DNA of 25,680 nucleotides. Origin: a virus (taxonomy: Duplodnaviria; Caudoviricetes). The notes under the pieces are model-generated. The model saw only the letters and a program-made list of their open reading frames with translations. It had not been told where the DNA came from and ran no database searches. The translations under genes were made by a program, and so were the position numbers. Where the stretch lies: IMG/VR virus record IMGVR_UViG_3300012924_000025, positions 1 to 25,680 of that record. One strand, given 5' to 3'. This document shows positions 15,333 to 23,416 of the stretch, one piece after another. Each line of letters opens with the position of its first letter. The stretch's first letter is position 1.

Positions 15333-17953
15333 TTCTGCGAGTCCCCTACTTCGATCTCAGGGATGACGCCGAGCACGGATGCGGGGTATGGGTTGGGCTG
15401 TTGGATGCAGTATTGACCAAAGACGTCCCATTGCGGATCGACGATTATCCGGGCGTCGGTGGTTTGGAGCCCGGCCACCAGAGCGTTTGACATGGTACCG
15501 ACGTTGCCTAAGGCAAGGTCCTTCATCGGCAAGGCGGTGGCGAAGCTTCGCCCCGCGGAGAGCCCAAGGGCGTCTTTGGCACGGACGGTCACCGCGGAGA
15601 CTTTCTTCCGTTTGCCTTGGACGGTGGGTTGGCCGAGGTCTAGGGCGAGGGTTTGGATCTGGGGAAGGAAGGCCAGGCCGACGGTTACGATCGAGGCGTT
15701 GGGGATGGCTGTGAGGCCGGTGGTTCCACCTGGGCCGAAGACGAAGGTACCAGAGATGGGCATGGTGAAGTTGATCACGACCCCGTCGGCAAGACCAGTG
15801 ACGACTGCGCCGGCGAGGTGTTGGGCGCCGGAGAAGCTGGTCGCTGGAGCACCGTTGTAGCCGATCCCCGCGTCGACCTGCCAGGAGGATTTGTAATTGT
15901 TCGGGTAGGTTAGTTCAACGAAGCGTTCGATGTAGTAGACCAACGCGCCGTTGATGTTGCGTTGGACACAGTGGTAGATGGCGTCGACCGCGCCGATGGC
16001 GGTGGTTTCGGTGACGGTCGCGATGGATTTGAACGCCCCTTGAGTGTCGGAGTGGGCCCAGGCGATCATCTCTTGTTCTTTGAGGAAGGTCAGGGAGAGC
16101 AGTTGACCATCGTTGCGGACCGCCCAGACGACTTTGAAGGGTTCCTCCGCCCAGGCCCACTCTAGAAGCTGGAAACCGTAGAATAGGTGCGAGGAGAGGA
16201 TTGAGATGTCAGTCCCGGTGAAGACCTGAGTGTAGAAGTTGAACACGAGGTCGCGGACGATCGAGCCTTTGGCCTGGAGGTAGAGGATGTTGTCGTTGGC
16301 GACGATTGGAGGGCAGACGCCGGCCGCGCCGTTGTAGGACTGCGGTCGGGCGGAGAAGCTAGTTGCGGAGATGGGTGCGCCTGAGGTGCCTCCATTGACG
16401 ATCCAAGAGAGCTTATCGGCGAGAACGATCAGGCCTTGAGGCTGAGGGATCAGCCATTGGAGTGTGCTCAAGACCCCGGAGACAAGGGTGCCTTGGATGG
16501 CGTTATCTGGGGCGGTGGGGAAGGTTGTGTCGAAGTTGAACGGCGAGCCGGGCTGGGAGAAGTTCATCTGTTGAACGGATTGAACCGGCGCAGCGAGGCA
16601 AAGGCGTTGGTCTTGGAACCCTGGGACGGAAGGGTTGCCGGCGGATGGGGCGCCGAGGACGGCCGTGGCTGCACCGCCGCCTCCAGAGAGTCCGCCTACG
16701 GCTGGCGGGGAGCCGTAGCCGGTACCAGGAGAGGTCATGGCGATCGAGGCTAAGGTCCAGGTGACATTGAATCGGGCCGAGCCGTCGCCGTGACCGGAGG
16801 TGGAGAAGAAGCCGGTGGGGGAGATGGTCTGGCCATTGCCCGAAGCGAGGGACCCGGCGGCGATGATGACCACGCCGGATAGCGTGCCAGCGAAGCCAGT
16901 GGTGGAGGTGACTTGTAGGGTGGCCCCACCCGCGAGGAGGATGGTATCGCCGACATTCCATCCGGTGCTAGCCACGGCGATCGATACCGCGGTGAGTTGG
17001 CAATAGGCGATCGCAGCCGCGCCGGATCCGCCTCCGCCGGTGAAGGTCGGGGTTGGGACGGTTACGTTGGTGAAGTTGCCCGGGTTAGTGATGGTGACAG
17101 ATTGGACCCCGGTTCCAGAGAATGGGTTCTGTGGGATCGGTGGGCCCTGGGAGAAGTCCGGGGTGATGTTGGTGTCGTTGAAGGTGATCCCGGTGAAGTT
17201 CCCTGCGAAGCCATATTGGGCCCCGGCGGCAACGGTGTTGGTCATGCTCACGAGGGATTTGTAAACGTTGTAGCTGACGGCGCCGGCGACGGAGGCGATG
17301 TTGATGGTGTTGGTGTAGTTGGTACCGAGAAAGGTCCGGTTCGCGAATGGGACCTGCGCGGTGGGATCGGATTCCTGCCCGTTGGCATCGACGGAGGTCA
17401 GCAAGTAGGCCACGCACTGGGTGCCCGCAGGGGCATTGGATGCGGCGGTGATTCCGCCCGGCGGGGAGATGGTCGCGCCGAAGGTGATTGGGGCCAGGGT
17501 CCAATTGGTCGCGGAGATCAGGGTGAGGATGTAGGGCGGGTGGTTCGGGTGGCAGATGATGAGTTGGTTGACGTTCTGGGCGAACTTTAGCTGGGAGAGT
17601 TCGGCGGAAGTGTAAGGCGAGGCGATGGTGTAGATCGGGCCCCCAGAGAAGACCGGCGCGCCGTTGTTGTAGAACGCGAGGTAGCCTGCGCCGTTGAGGA
17701 CGCCGAATTCGAGAATGTAGGCCACGGTGAATGAGGCCTGGAAGGGGATCAGCCGCGGTGGGCCCGAGCCATTGTTCTGCGACTTGGCGACGAAGCGAGT
17801 GCCGGGTCGGGTAGTTGCGCCACCGCGGTAGTCTACGAAGAAATTCCGTAGAAGGGCCGCACCGGAGTGGTACTTGGCTAGGTCCACCCGAGCGTTCAGC
17901 TGCGGGGCCCATTCGCCGGCGTTCCAAGAGGTTTGGATTGCGTTATCGGACAT
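15329..17953 (-). CDS. tail tubular protein B (nozzle, T7 gp12 / P22 gp10-like)
   Basis: QTSWNAGEWAPQL..RVDL..Y, GGATTRPGTRFV, RLIPF, LKFAQ, QDQRL, WAVRNDGQL, AWAH, YIERF. Confidence 0.9.
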   Translation of the reverse strand: MSDNAIQTSWNAGEWAPQLNARVDLAKYHSGAALLRNFFVDYRGGATTRPGTRFVAKSQNNGSGPPRLIPFQASFTVAYILEFGVLNGAGYLAFYNNGAPVFSGGPIYTIASPYTSAELSQLKFAQNVNQLIICHPNHPPYILTLISATNWTLAPITFGATISPPGGITAASNAPAGTQCVAYLLTSVDANGQESDPTAQVPFANRTFLGTNYTNTINIASVAGAVSYNVYKSLVSMTNTVAAGAQYGFAGNFTGITFNDTNITPDFSQGPPIPQNPFSGTGVQSVTITNPGNFTNVTVPTPTFTGGGGSGAAAIAYCQLTAVSIAVASTGWNVGDTILLAGGATLQVTSTTGFAGTLSGVVIIAAGSLASGNGQTISPTGFFSTSGHGDGSARFNVTWTLASIAMTSPGTGYGSPPAVGGLSGGGGAATAVLGAPSAGNPSVPGFQDQRLCLAAPVQSVQQMNFSQPGSPFNFDTTFPTAPDNAIQGTLVSGVLSTLQWLIPQPQGLIVLADKLSWIVNGGTSGAPISATSFSARPQSYNGAAGVCPPIVANDNILYLQAKGSIVRDLVFNFYTQVFTGTDISILSSHLFYGFQLLEWAWAEEPFKVVWAVRNDGQLLSLTFLKEQEMIAWAHSDTQGAFKSIATVTETTAIGAVDAIYHCVQRNINGALVYYIERFVELTYPNNYKSSWQVDAGIGYNGAPATSFSGAQHLAGAVVTGLADGVVINFTMPISGTFVFGPGGTTGLTAIPNASIVTVGLAFLPQIQTLALDLGQPTVQGKRKKVSAVTVRAKDALGLSAGRSFATALPMKDLALGNVGTMSNALVAGLQTTDARIIVDPQWDVFGQYCIQQPNPYPASVLGVIPEIEVGDSQK

Positions 17954-19074
17954 TAGCTAAACCCAGGCCACATTCCGCCCCAATCGAATCCGGTGTTGTA
18001 TGGGCCTGAGGCCCCATCGGTGTAATCGACGCCTCGCATCCGGATCCAATCAGGGATGACGTTGTTCACAGTCAGCGCCTCATTGCCATCGTTCCCTCGG
18101 GCGATCCGGATGACCTCGTTGCCTTGGGTGATTACAAGGTTCGAGAGGGACTTGTCCCCGGTGAGGGCTTTGCAAAGGGCCCCGCCGAGTACGAAGGCGT
18201 AGGCTTCTTGGAAGTCGTCATCGAAGACGTTTTCATCGGTGATGTTCTTCACGTAGTTCAAAAGGCCGAATTCTTGGTTGGTGAGGATTACTCGCTGGTC
18301 CCCTGCGGCGGCGGTGAAGGTGAGGTTGAAGGTGGCACCGGTGCCGAGGCCGGTTGTGCCTGTGCCGCCAAGGTTGCCTGGGTTGGGACCCTGAGCGGAT
18401 GGGTTCGCAACCGGCGCGAAGTAGCTCCCGGAGAATGGAACGACTTCGTTTGGGATGATAGGGACAATAGCGACAGAAGTGACAACCCCAAGAGCACCAA
18501 CCCCAGTGACCTGCAAAGTAGCTGGGCATCCAACTGGGGGAAGGCCTTGTGCACCTTGTGCGAGAGTGATAAGATCGCCCAGAGCATAGCCGGCGCCTCC
18601 TGAGGCCACAGTGGCAGCGGTGACGGAGAAGAATTGGTCGACGGCGACTTTGAACTGGACTGGCGGGCCTTGCCAGAACGAGGCTGCGCCACCGGTCACG
18701 GCGGTGGTGATGGGAACGCCGCCAGCGAAGCCAGTTGCGGTTTGAGGGGTGATCCAACAGGCGCGGATGCAATCGAAGGGGTATTGGTATTCGTACGCCC
18801 ACGGCGGGGCCGGTTGGCCCTTTTGCCATAGTTGGGTCGCGGGGGAGGTGTTCTCTGGGGTGCCGGGGATGGAGGTGATGAAGTTGAGGGCGATGGTTTG
18901 GAACGCGAAGGACCAAGGGGCCATCCGAAGCAAACGTCGGCGGAAGGAGTCGTAGATGATGTTACTCTGAATCGCTTCGTTGCTTCCATTGCTAGCAAGC
19001 TCTGCAGCCGTAACTGTGGTCCTAGACCCAAAGGTTTGCAAAGCACGATTCACCATGTCTACTTTGGCAGTCAT
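17953..19074 (-). CDS. tail tubular protein A (adaptor, T7 gp11-like) with beta-rich insertion
   Basis: VDMVNRAL..FG, YDSFRRRLL..APWSFA, WAYEYQYPFDCIR, FDDDF..A....L...L...LTG, DWIRMR. Confidence 0.88.
   Translation of the reverse strand: MTAKVDMVNRALQTFGSRTTVTAAELASNGSNEAIQSNIIYDSFRRRLLRMAPWSFAFQTIALNFITSIPGTPENTSPATQLWQKGQPAPPWAYEYQYPFDCIRACWITPQTATGFAGGVPITTAVTGGAASFWQGPPVQFKVAVDQFFSVTAATVASGGAGYALGDLITLAQGAQGLPPVGCPATLQVTGVGALGVVTSVAIVPIIPNEVVPFSGSYFAPVANPSAQGPNPGNLGGTGTTGLGTGATFNLTFTAAAGDQRVILTNQEFGLLNYVKNITDENVFDDDFQEAYAFVLGGALCKALTGDKSLSNLVITQGNEVIRIARGNDGNEALTVNNVIPDWIRMRGVDYTDGASGPYNTGFDWGGMWPGFS
18288..18587 (-). CDS. overprinted (+1) single-TM protein, 99 aa
   Basis: Perfect AGGAGG (18601-18596) lies 8 nt before ATG 18587. 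TM-like SLGLVLLGLSLLSLLSL. Host codons end in T over roughly 18460-18587. Confidence 0.55.
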   Translation of the reverse strand: MLWAILSLSHKVHKAFPQLDAQLLCRSLGLVLLGLSLLSLLSLSSQTKSFHSPGATSRRLRTHPLRVPTQATLAAQAQPASAPVPPSTSPSPPPQGTSE

Positions 19075-19508
19075 TTAAGCCATCCCCAATTACGGCCGCT
19101 GCGAATATAACTGATAGCGGTCCAAGACATGTCATATGCTTTGGCTATAGAGGCGACAGAATAGCCTTCGACGATGAATTGACGAATGTCTCTCACATCC
19201 TGCTCAGTAAGCTTTGCCTGCCCTTGGCGTTCTCCAAATACATGGCGACCTTTAGCGATCTCATCATCTTTGTTGTCTTTATGTGTTCCTAAGAATAGAT
19301 GCTTTGGATTGATGCAAGGCTTGTTATCACAAGTGTGACAGACTATCATACCTTTAGGTACAGGGCCTTTGTGGTGCTCAAATGAAACTACGTGAGCACC
19401 ACGGTCGCAAATAGCACCATAACCTGAGCCTGACATAGCGCCAGTAAACACCCAACAGTTGTTAGGCGCCATCGCTATCCTATCGAGCAATTTACTGGCG
19501 ATGTCCAT
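19071..19508 (-). CDS. free-standing HNH homing endonuclease with C-terminal HTH
   Basis: CWVFTGA...GYG, AHVVSF, VCHTCDNKPCINPKHLFLGTHKDNKDD, AKLTEQDVRDIR. About 45% GC over 19141-19380. Confidence 0.92.
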   Translation of the reverse strand: MDIASKLLDRIAMAPNNCWVFTGAMSGSGYGAICDRGAHVVSFEHHKGPVPKGMIVCHTCDNKPCINPKHLFLGTHKDNKDDEIAKGRHVFGERQGQAKLTEQDVRDIRQFIVEGYSVASIAKAYDMSWTAISYIRSGRNWGWLK

Positions 19509-19714
19509 TAGTAGCGCCCCTGTGAGCCGCAGCAGCCGTTATTGACCCCGCCAAGGCCAGGGCGGCCGCTTTCAGAGCCGGGGGAATCCGGTCCGTTCAC
19601 GATGCCATGGTTCTTGCCATGGAGGCCTGGGGATTGCGGATCGTTGATGTTCTTCGGTCCGCAAGGGGGTTGGTAGTTGTTAACGTCCTTTGACGTTTGC
19701 TTGCCTCCGGACAT
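19508..19714 (-). CDS. small Gly/Pro/Asn-rich protein, 68 aa, ends GSQGRY
   Basis: GGAGG SD. One-base stop/start overlaps with both neighbours. Confidence 0.75.
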   Translation of the reverse strand: MSGGKQTSKDVNNYQPPCGPKNINDPQSPGLHGKNHGIVNGPDSPGSESGRPGLGGVNNGCCGSQGRY

Positions 19715-20064
19715 CAGAGCCTCCTTCGGGGAAGAGCGGAGGGCCGAGCAGCAGCGGCAGGATCAGCCTTGAGATCGGCTTCGGCCTCAGGCTCTTCCCC
19801 GGCCTCTTCTTCAGTCTCCTCCGACGCAGCCTCATCTGAGGCCTCTCCGGAATCGGTCCGCTGGGCAGCCGCGCCGGGTTCCTGTTCGGCGAACCCAGCG
19901 AAGGTTTCCGTTTCCTGTGGGCGGCCGAAGCCATTCGGGCCCATTTCCTCGTTGATCTGGCGCAGGCGGCTAAGCGCAGCGCCGGAGATGTTGGTCAGGT
20001 TGCCCACCTCGTGAGCGGTTTTGTGGATATGGAGGAGGGCGGCGATTTCATCGATGGTGTGCAT
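19714..20064 (-). CDS. acidic, largely disordered protein, 116 aa, ends PRRRL
   Basis: ATG at 20064 with AAGGA upstream, 1 nt after the upstream stop. Confidence 0.75.
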   Translation of the reverse strand: MHTIDEIAALLHIHKTAHEVGNLTNISGAALSRLRQINEEMGPNGFGRPQETETFAGFAEQEPGAAAQRTDSGEASDEAASEETEEEAGEEPEAEADLKADPAAAARPSALPRRRL

Positions 20065-20065
20065 T

Positions 20066-20329
20066 TTAGTGCTTTCCTTGTGAGCCAGAGGAACGGATGA
20101 CTCGACCCGCGCCAGGGCCGGAGCCATCCCAGCCCTCAACCGGGCCGTTTGGGGAGAACCCATTGCCGAGGTCCATGTTGGGGTATTTCGGGGTGAAGTC
20201 CCCCGAGTCGGTGGTGTGGTTGCCCTTGGCGTTGCCGAGATAGGACACCGCAGCGGGGTTTTTAATCTGGGGCCGCGGTTCGACCTTTTGGTCCCGCGGG
20301 CCTTTGATATCTGCTTGGCCTTGTTTCAC
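20066..20329 (-). CDS. small Gly/Pro-rich protein, 87 aa, ends GSQGKH
   Basis: GTGA overlap with the upstream gene. GGAG SD. Confidence 0.75.
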   Translation of the reverse strand: MKQGQADIKGPRDQKVEPRPQIKNPAAVSYLGNAKGNHTTDSGDFTPKYPNMDLGNGFSPNGPVEGWDGSGPGAGRVIRSSGSQGKH

Positions 20330-20733
20330 TTTGCTTCTCCGTTGGTTGGCTTTGCCAGTTGGCGGCTGTGATCGTAGCGAGGGGTAACGGGATGTTTGGT
20401 CATATCCCGGCGGACCTTTTCAAAGTGCCCACCGTCACTGTGGAGATCGTGGAGGATTTGCCTGGCCCGATCGTGGTTGCGCTCCATTTCCTTGTCGATC
20501 TCCTCCGGGGGCTGAAGGCCAAGGGTGACGTATTCACCCTTGACGTGGACGACGTCGTGGAAGTAGTTCATGAACCGACGCATCTTCTCGGGCACCTCCT
20601 TTTCTGCCTCACCCATGGCGTAGAGGGCTTTGGACACACCTTGGCGAATGGTTGTTAGTTCGCGGGCGATTCGGAAGAGGAGATCGCGTTCGGTCACCGA
20701 GTCGTCGAGTTTGAATTCAGGTTCGTCGGCCAT
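20326..20733 (-). CDS. hypothetical helical protein, 135 aa
   Basis: AGGA SD. Normal codon usage. In operon order. Confidence 0.8.
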   Translation of the reverse strand: MADEPEFKLDDSVTERDLLFRIARELTTIRQGVSKALYAMGEAEKEVPEKMRRFMNYFHDVVHVKGEYVTLGLQPPEEIDKEMERNHDRARQILHDLHSDGGHFEKVRRDMTKHPVTPRYDHSRQLAKPTNGEAK

Positions 20734-20812
20734 TGAGTAATCCTATGGTTAATACAACAGCCCCAGCCAGGGGTAGCATGGATAAGCAGATCAGTAGAGA
20801 TTCGAGGTTCAT
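20717..20812 (-). CDS. 31-aa single-TM peptide (not in ORF track)
   Basis: MNLESLLICLSMLPLAGAVVLTIGLLNGRRT*. ATGA overlap with the upstream gene, AAGGA SD, fills the apparent gap. Confidence 0.6.
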   Translation of the reverse strand: MNLESLLICLSMLPLAGAVVLTIGLLNGRRT

Positions 20813-21153
20813 TTGTCTATCCTTGGCACGTGTGGGGTGTTGAGGGCATCGAGGATCGAGGCGATGAATTTGAGCGTGGGGGTTCTGGCAAGGGTGGCGG
20901 CACGTTCACAGGCGGTGATCGCGGGGTCGATCGCATCGGACTTCTTGGCCTGGGCGAGGGCCTCGAAGCAAATCCGGCGGGCCACGAAGATTGGGTGGCG
21001 GTTGTCGCTCCACATCGCGACGAGCTTTTGTAAGGCATCGGGTGGGATCTTCGCTAGGCGAGCAGAGAGTTCAGCTGTGGTCACCTCAGGGAGTAGGCCC
21101 TGAGCGAAGGCCGGACTGGCAAGTAGCAGGATCGCGAGGATGATTTTGATCAT
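20809..21153 (-). CDS. exported helical protein, 114 aa (possible fibre chaperone/accessory)
   Basis: Signal peptide MIKIILAILLLASPAFA|Q, two Cys, ATGA-coupled to the fibre gene. Confidence 0.7.
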   Translation of the reverse strand: MIKIILAILLLASPAFAQGLLPEVTTAELSARLAKIPPDALQKLVAMWSDNRHPIFVARRICFEALAQAKKSDAIDPAITACERAATLARTPTLKFIASILDALNTPHVPRIDK

Positions 21154-23033
21154 TGTTGCGACGTCGGTCCGTTGTTGTCGATATCGGTGAAATCCCAGGT
21201 CCCGGCGGTTGGGACTACCCCGCCCGCGTTGTTGCAGTCGGTGTAGAGAGAGAAGGTTCCGCCGACGTGGTAGAGTGGGACCGGGGACATTGAGGTTGGG
21301 AAGACAATATTAGCTACCTGCCCAGCTGCCTGGAGACCGAAGGTCAAAGCACCATTTCCGGTGTTGACGAAACCTCCCATGAAGATGTTACAGCCAATCC
21401 AAGAGGCCGCTGTTTTCCACTCTAGCTTGCCCCAAACGTGCCCGACGGTGTTGTGAACTTCGCCGAAGGTCATGGCTTCGAGATCGTTGGTGTTGTAGCC
21501 GTATAGGGTCGGCGCGGCTCCGCCAAGGGCTGCGGTTGGGAAGTTGACTATGTCTGGGGTGAGGAGCGGTGGGTTCCAATGGGAGAAGGCGACGGTTTTT
21601 TCATAGGTGTTGGTGTGGAGTTGCGACTGGACCATCGACGGAACGAACGCGGCAGTCGGGAGGCAGACGTCGAATACGTCGCCAGAGTTGCCGGAGGGTT
21701 GGAAGCCAAACTGCACGGAGGTTGCGGTTTGGGAAATGGTTCTGGTGACGGATACGAATTGGTACCCGCCGAGGCTAACACCGGTCAGGGCGGAACTGAA
21801 AGTGGTCCCAGCGCTGTCTTGGATGTAGATGTTCCCTGTGCTTCCGCCGCCTTGGATGCGTTGGAAGATGGCCATGCCCAAGGTGACGGTTTGACCTCGG
21901 TAGAGAGGGAGAAGGGCCGGGGTGATGTCGTCGATCAAAAGTTCATTGCCGGTGGTCCCCTTACGGAGCCCGAGTGGGCGTTCGCAGCCGGGGTAGACGG
22001 TGGAGATGGGAGTGGAAGCGGCGCCCCAATCGTCGGGGAAGGCACATAGCGTGCCAGTCTTGGTCCAGCCGTCCGGGCCGGTGGAGGAGCCACAGTCGAG
22101 GGGGGAGACGGGGATGATGGTCGCGGCTGCGGAGGCTGCGGGGGAGATGCCACTTAACGCAGGCGAATGCAGGGTAACGGAGGTATTGGCTATTACATTG
22201 GTGACCCGCGCCGCAGTGACGTAGCCGCCGTTACATTGAACTTGCACACAGGTGATGAAGCCACCGCCGGCGAAGCCCCAGAAGGACACAATGTTGGAGA
22301 CGATCGCGATGTCGCCAACGCGGAGGGTTTGGGTGTTGGCGCAGGTGAAGACCGGGTCCGCCGTAGAGATGGTAAAGGCAGTACAGGAAACGTTGGTTTG
22401 ATTCGCCGTACCTGCGGCGTTTTGCTTTGTGCTGAAAGCAATGCAACACCACAGCCGCCATTGGTTGTTCTGGAGCAGGTTGTCGACGGTGCCGCCAGTG
22501 GTGGAAATGGTGGTCGGAACGGCTGCGCCACCTGAGCCGGGGTAGACCGGGACTTGGCCAGCGGTCGCGGCTGCTTGGCTTCCGCCCAGGCCACCGTTGG
22601 CGAGGCTGACCGGGAAGGCAAGAGCGGCGCATTGGAGACCAGAGGCGTTCACGTAGACGAGGGCATGAACACCGTCGTTGGCGCAGGGCGGGACAGCGAT
22701 GTTCTGCATGTCCGCGGTGCCAGCGGTGGGGTTGATCCAGATCGAGTTCGCAATGCCTTGTGGAAGCTGGGCGAGGGTGGCACGGCCGGAGAGGTTGGAG
22801 AAGGCCGGTTGGGCACAGACCGAGGCAGCCCCGACCACGTTGACGAATTGATTCGCCGGACAGGTGATGAAGCCGGGGATGGAGGAGGCAGCGATCTGGG
22901 CCAGAACGAAGCGAGTGTTGGCACAGGCGTTTGTGTTATCGCCAAGGGTGCGATCGGAGCATTGGGTGTTTTGGGCCAGCGCAGGGAAGGCGAAGAGGGC
23001 TAGCGCAGCCGCGAGGAGGAGCTTCCGAATCAT
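21150..23033 (-). CDS. tail-fibre / receptor-binding-like protein, 627 aa, with signal peptide and 18 Cys
   Basis: Start at 23033 by ATGA coupling. Fibre motifs GDNTNACANTRFV, QPAFSNLSG...AQLP, VSLANGGLG. CBM-like NLLQN...PDGW...GQTVTL domain. Confidence 0.75.
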   Translation of the reverse strand: MIRKLLLAAALALFAFPALAQNTQCSDRTLGDNTNACANTRFVLAQIAASSIPGFITCPANQFVNVVGAASVCAQPAFSNLSGRATLAQLPQGIANSIWINPTAGTADMQNIAVPPCANDGVHALVYVNASGLQCAALAFPVSLANGGLGGSQAAATAGQVPVYPGSGGAAVPTTISTTGGTVDNLLQNNQWRLWCCIAFSTKQNAAGTANQTNVSCTAFTISTADPVFTCANTQTLRVGDIAIVSNIVSFWGFAGGGFITCVQVQCNGGYVTAARVTNVIANTSVTLHSPALSGISPAASAAATIIPVSPLDCGSSTGPDGWTKTGTLCAFPDDWGAASTPISTVYPGCERPLGLRKGTTGNELLIDDITPALLPLYRGQTVTLGMAIFQRIQGGGSTGNIYIQDSAGTTFSSALTGVSLGGYQFVSVTRTISQTATSVQFGFQPSGNSGDVFDVCLPTAAFVPSMVQSQLHTNTYEKTVAFSHWNPPLLTPDIVNFPTAALGGAAPTLYGYNTNDLEAMTFGEVHNTVGHVWGKLEWKTAASWIGCNIFMGGFVNTGNGALTFGLQAAGQVANIVFPTSMSPVPLYHVGGTFSLYTDCNNAGGVVPTAGTWDFTDIDNNGPTSQQ

Positions 23034-23416
23034 ACGTTGCTCTCTATAACGGTTAGGGGGTTGGTCGTGCCAGTTGCGGCGAGGGCCTGCCATGCCTTCT
23101 GGCATTCGCCATCGACAACTAGGCTTCCACCGTTGCCGAAGACACGAAGGGTACCACCGAGGAGGGCGGTGGTTGGGGTGAATGGGACATCCGAAGGGGA
23201 GACCGGGGCGGTGCCGAGCACCCCTTGGATTGTTGTTTGCGAGACGAAGATGTCATTCGGGCCAGGGTTGTGAAAGGTGAGTTTCTGGCGCGAAGGGTTG
23301 GCCTGGGCAACGACAACGTTGGCGGCGTTGGTGATGTTGTTGAAGCCGTAGGTCTTGCCTCCATTGGCCCCGGCTACAGTTCCGGAGTCGCCGGGGCTTC
23401 TGGAGATGATACCCAT
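23030..23416 (-). CDS. beta-sandwich virion decoration-like protein, 128 aa
   Basis: ANPSRQKLTFHNPGPNDIFVS motif seen in small phage structural proteins. No signal peptide. Confidence 0.65.
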   Translation of the reverse strand: MGIISRSPGDSGTVAGANGGKTYGFNNITNAANVVVAQANPSRQKLTFHNPGPNDIFVSQTTIQGVLGTAPVSPSDVPFTPTTALLGGTLRVFGNGGSLVVDGECQKAWQALAATGTTNPLTVIESNV

